Origin: Squalus acanthias
Lineage: Eukaryota
DNA length: 64,000 bases
Assembly: GCA_030390025.1 (NCBI GenBank)
Contig: CM059431.1
Location: 110,300,001-110,364,000 of the forward strand
Direction of reading: 5' to 3'
Below, one piece after another: positions 61,448-64,000 of the stretch. Each line of letters opens with the position of its first letter. Position 1 is the stretch's first letter. The translations under genes were made by a program, and so were the position numbers. The notes beneath the pieces were generated by a model that was given only the letters and a program-made list of their open reading frames with translations, was not told the origin of the DNA and searched no databases.

Positions 61448-62502
61448 GGGGGTTTATTTTGGTGAAAGGGTGAAAACAGGCACGAAGTGGGTGCTGTGCT
61501 AATAAGACACACCTGTTCGAAAGTCTTGTTTTAGCCCGCAGTTTTGGGGCTATATTGATCCTGACCATGATGTTAAACATGACTGGAGGTGCTAAAACAG
61601 ACACCTGCAGGTTGAGCACTCAAGTGCTGATTAGCAGCAATTTTCATGGCGCAGTATATGCAGCCTCCACACACCCACTTCCACTGAAGGTGCGGCGCGC
61701 ACTGGCTTACACAGAACAGAACTTTTCAGGATGGCTCAGGGACCGAGAGCGAGGGCGTACAGATTCTTGGATGTGGCACTGGAGGTCCTGGTGGAGGAGG
61801 GTCCAGAGGAGGAGGGATGTTCTGTACCCGCGGGGGCAGAATGAGCACCCCTTGCCCTCCTGTCCCTCTTGCCTGCAGCAGCTGGTGCTGCTCAGCCTGG
61901 CCTCATGTCCTCCTCCCATTCCTTCTCCAGACCCAAGGGGTTCCCCCTAGCAAGATGCCCATGACCAAGCACTCCCTGTCTCCTGGTGACTCCTATAAAG
62001 TGTCCAATAAGGTGGAGTAGCACAGCACTTACTCTCTTTAGGTGAAGTCTCAGAGAAATTCTGGAATAAATGTTGCTAGAGTGTTGGTGAAGTCTTGACA
62101 AGCGTCCCGAGAAAGTCTCCCGATGTGTCTCAAAAGTCCTCTTCAAACCTCCAGCAGCAAGTGAGCAGTGAAAGCTGAGCATGGCTTTAAGTAGCGCTCG
62201 AAATCCTCAGCAATGACTTGTTTACTCCTGTTCAGCTGGTCGCTGTTAGGAGAGGTCGTTAATTGAAGCGCTATCCACCAAAAGGCTGTGCAGCCTCTTT
62301 AATGAGCGCTAGCGGGCAAGTTAATTGTAAATCAGACCCTTAACGATCGTCCGGGCGGCCGTTCCTAGCGCGTGCTTAAACTCCTTTACCAAGATGGCGT
62401 CTTGCACTGAAGGCGGGCTATATTGGCATTGCAGCTTAAGACCCCATCTTGGCCACCTCGGAGGCTATTTAGCATCTAAAGCATCCGGGGAAAATTGCCC
62501 CC
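61448..62502. mobile_element. Internally deleted Harbinger derivative (second copy)
   Basis: Termini GGGGGTTTATTTT / AAAATTGCCCCC; colinear with 49931-50960. Confidence 0.7.
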
Positions 62503-62885
62503 TTTATGTTTTAGTCCATATACAGTGTATATGTTTTAGTTCATGGGGTCAATTTTAACTTTTCCCGCCCATTTTCCACCCTGCCCGTTTTAAAATCAAC
62601 CCCTTACATGCTTCTTTTCTGACATGTAAGAAAACCCGTCACTATAATTAAAAATTTCCAAACCAAACTTCAGAGAAATCCACAGGAAGGGTTTTTATTT
62701 GCCCAATATGGACTCTCAAAGGACACAGCCCATTCAGTAATGCCAGAGAATTTCGATGCAGGTTAGCAAGCCAGGATTAGGAACTGCCACATGTGCATAG
62801 GCATACTTTTGGAATTTAGCTAACTAAAACCATGCAGCTTGCGACCACAGAATAACTAGAAAGCTTCCTGCTCGGTTTTGATAGT

Positions 62886-63748
62886 CTCATCCTTGTGTTC
62901 AAATCCCTCCGTGGCCTCGCCCCCTTCCCTATCTCTGTAACCGCTTCCAGTCCTACAACCCTCCGAGATCTCTGTGCTTATCCAATTCTGGCCTCTTACG
63001 CATCCCCGATTTTCATTGCTCCTCCATTGGCGGCCGTGCTTTCAGCTGCCTAGCCTCTATCTCTGGAACTCCCTCCCTAAACTTCTCCGTCTCTCTACCT
63101 CTCTTCCTTTAAGTCGCTCCTTAAAACCTACCTCTTTGACCAAGCTTTTGGACATGTGTCCTAATATCTCTTGGGATGAGAGGGCTGTCCTATGATGAGA
63201 AATTGTGTAGATTGGGCCTATACTCTCTGGAGCTTAGAAGAATGAGAGATGACCTCATTGAAACCTATAAGATTCGGAGGGGGATTGACAGGGTAGATGC
63301 TGAGAGGTTGTTTCCACCGGCTGGAGTGTCTAGAACTAGGGGGCATAGTCTCAGGATAAGGGGTCAGCCATTTTAAGACTGAGATGAGGAGGAATTTCTT
63401 CACTCAGAGGGTTGTGAATCTTTTGAATTTTCTGCCCCAGAGGGCTGTGAATGCTGAGTCTTTGAGTATATTCAAGGCTGAGATAGATAGATTTTTGGAC
63501 TCTAGGGGAATCAAGGGATATGGAGATCGGGCAGGAAAGTGGAGTTGAGGTTGATGATCAGCCTTGATCTTATTGAATGGTGGAGCAGGCTCGAGGGGCC
63601 GTATGGCCTATTCCTACTCTTACTTCTTATGTTCTTATGTTCTCTTTAAGTGACTCGATGCCAAATTTTGTTTGATAACACTCCTGTGAAGTGCGCTGTG
63701 ACATTTTTACTATGTTAAAGGCGCTATATAATTGCAAGTTGTTGTTGT
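62886..63748 (+). mobile_element. L2 3' fragment interrupted by a CR1 3' fragment (~63172-63642)
   Basis: L2 text stops at ctaatatctctt and resumes at ctctttaagtgactcg; the insert encodes MRGLSYDEKLCRLGLYSLELRRMRDDLIETYKI. Confidence 0.8.
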
Positions 63749-64000
63749 TACCAGCTCGAACCACCCTATCTATTTGGATATTGGTTTGCATAGTTGTCTG
63801 GAGCCAAGTGGGAATAATCTCAACCCTAGTGATAGGTCTATCGCTTTCGGTTCCATTCAATTATTAACAGTGCCCTGGAGTACAGGAATACCTGGCTCAT
63901 GTATCATATTACTGGATCTACCAGACACGATTGTCTCAGTTCCAATCTTGCTTCACTAGCTGTGTCACCTTGGGGTCAACATGAACTCAAAGAGACCCTA

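Overview
Eukaryotic, repeat-rich vertebrate DNA, most likely from a cartilaginous fish (inferred from an HE1-type V-SINE and abundant Deu-domain SINEs). The only host gene I can support is the 3' part of a KLF5-type Kruppel-like factor on the + strand: a 60-bp exon at 2424-2483, a 17.8-kb intron, a last coding exon at 20291-20469 and a ~2.2-kb 3'UTR. Most of the rest is transposon-derived. Highlights: (1) two complete PIF/Harbinger DNA transposons in inverted orientation (30236-34399 and 56775-61010), each with an intact DDE transposase and an intact three-exon Myb/SANT-like gene, plus many Harbinger-type MITEs and deletion derivatives; (2) four short TSD-flanked fold-back elements of two Penelope-like families carrying minimal hammerhead ribozyme cores with covarying stems, two of them with a ribozyme core on both strands; (3) a candidate 1.7-kb solo LTR; (4) a 5.1-kb TG-rich microsatellite with a ~1.65-kb higher-order duplication; (5) many SINE and LINE 3' fragments. 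Boundaries of degenerate repeats are approximate and family names are from recognition, not database searches.
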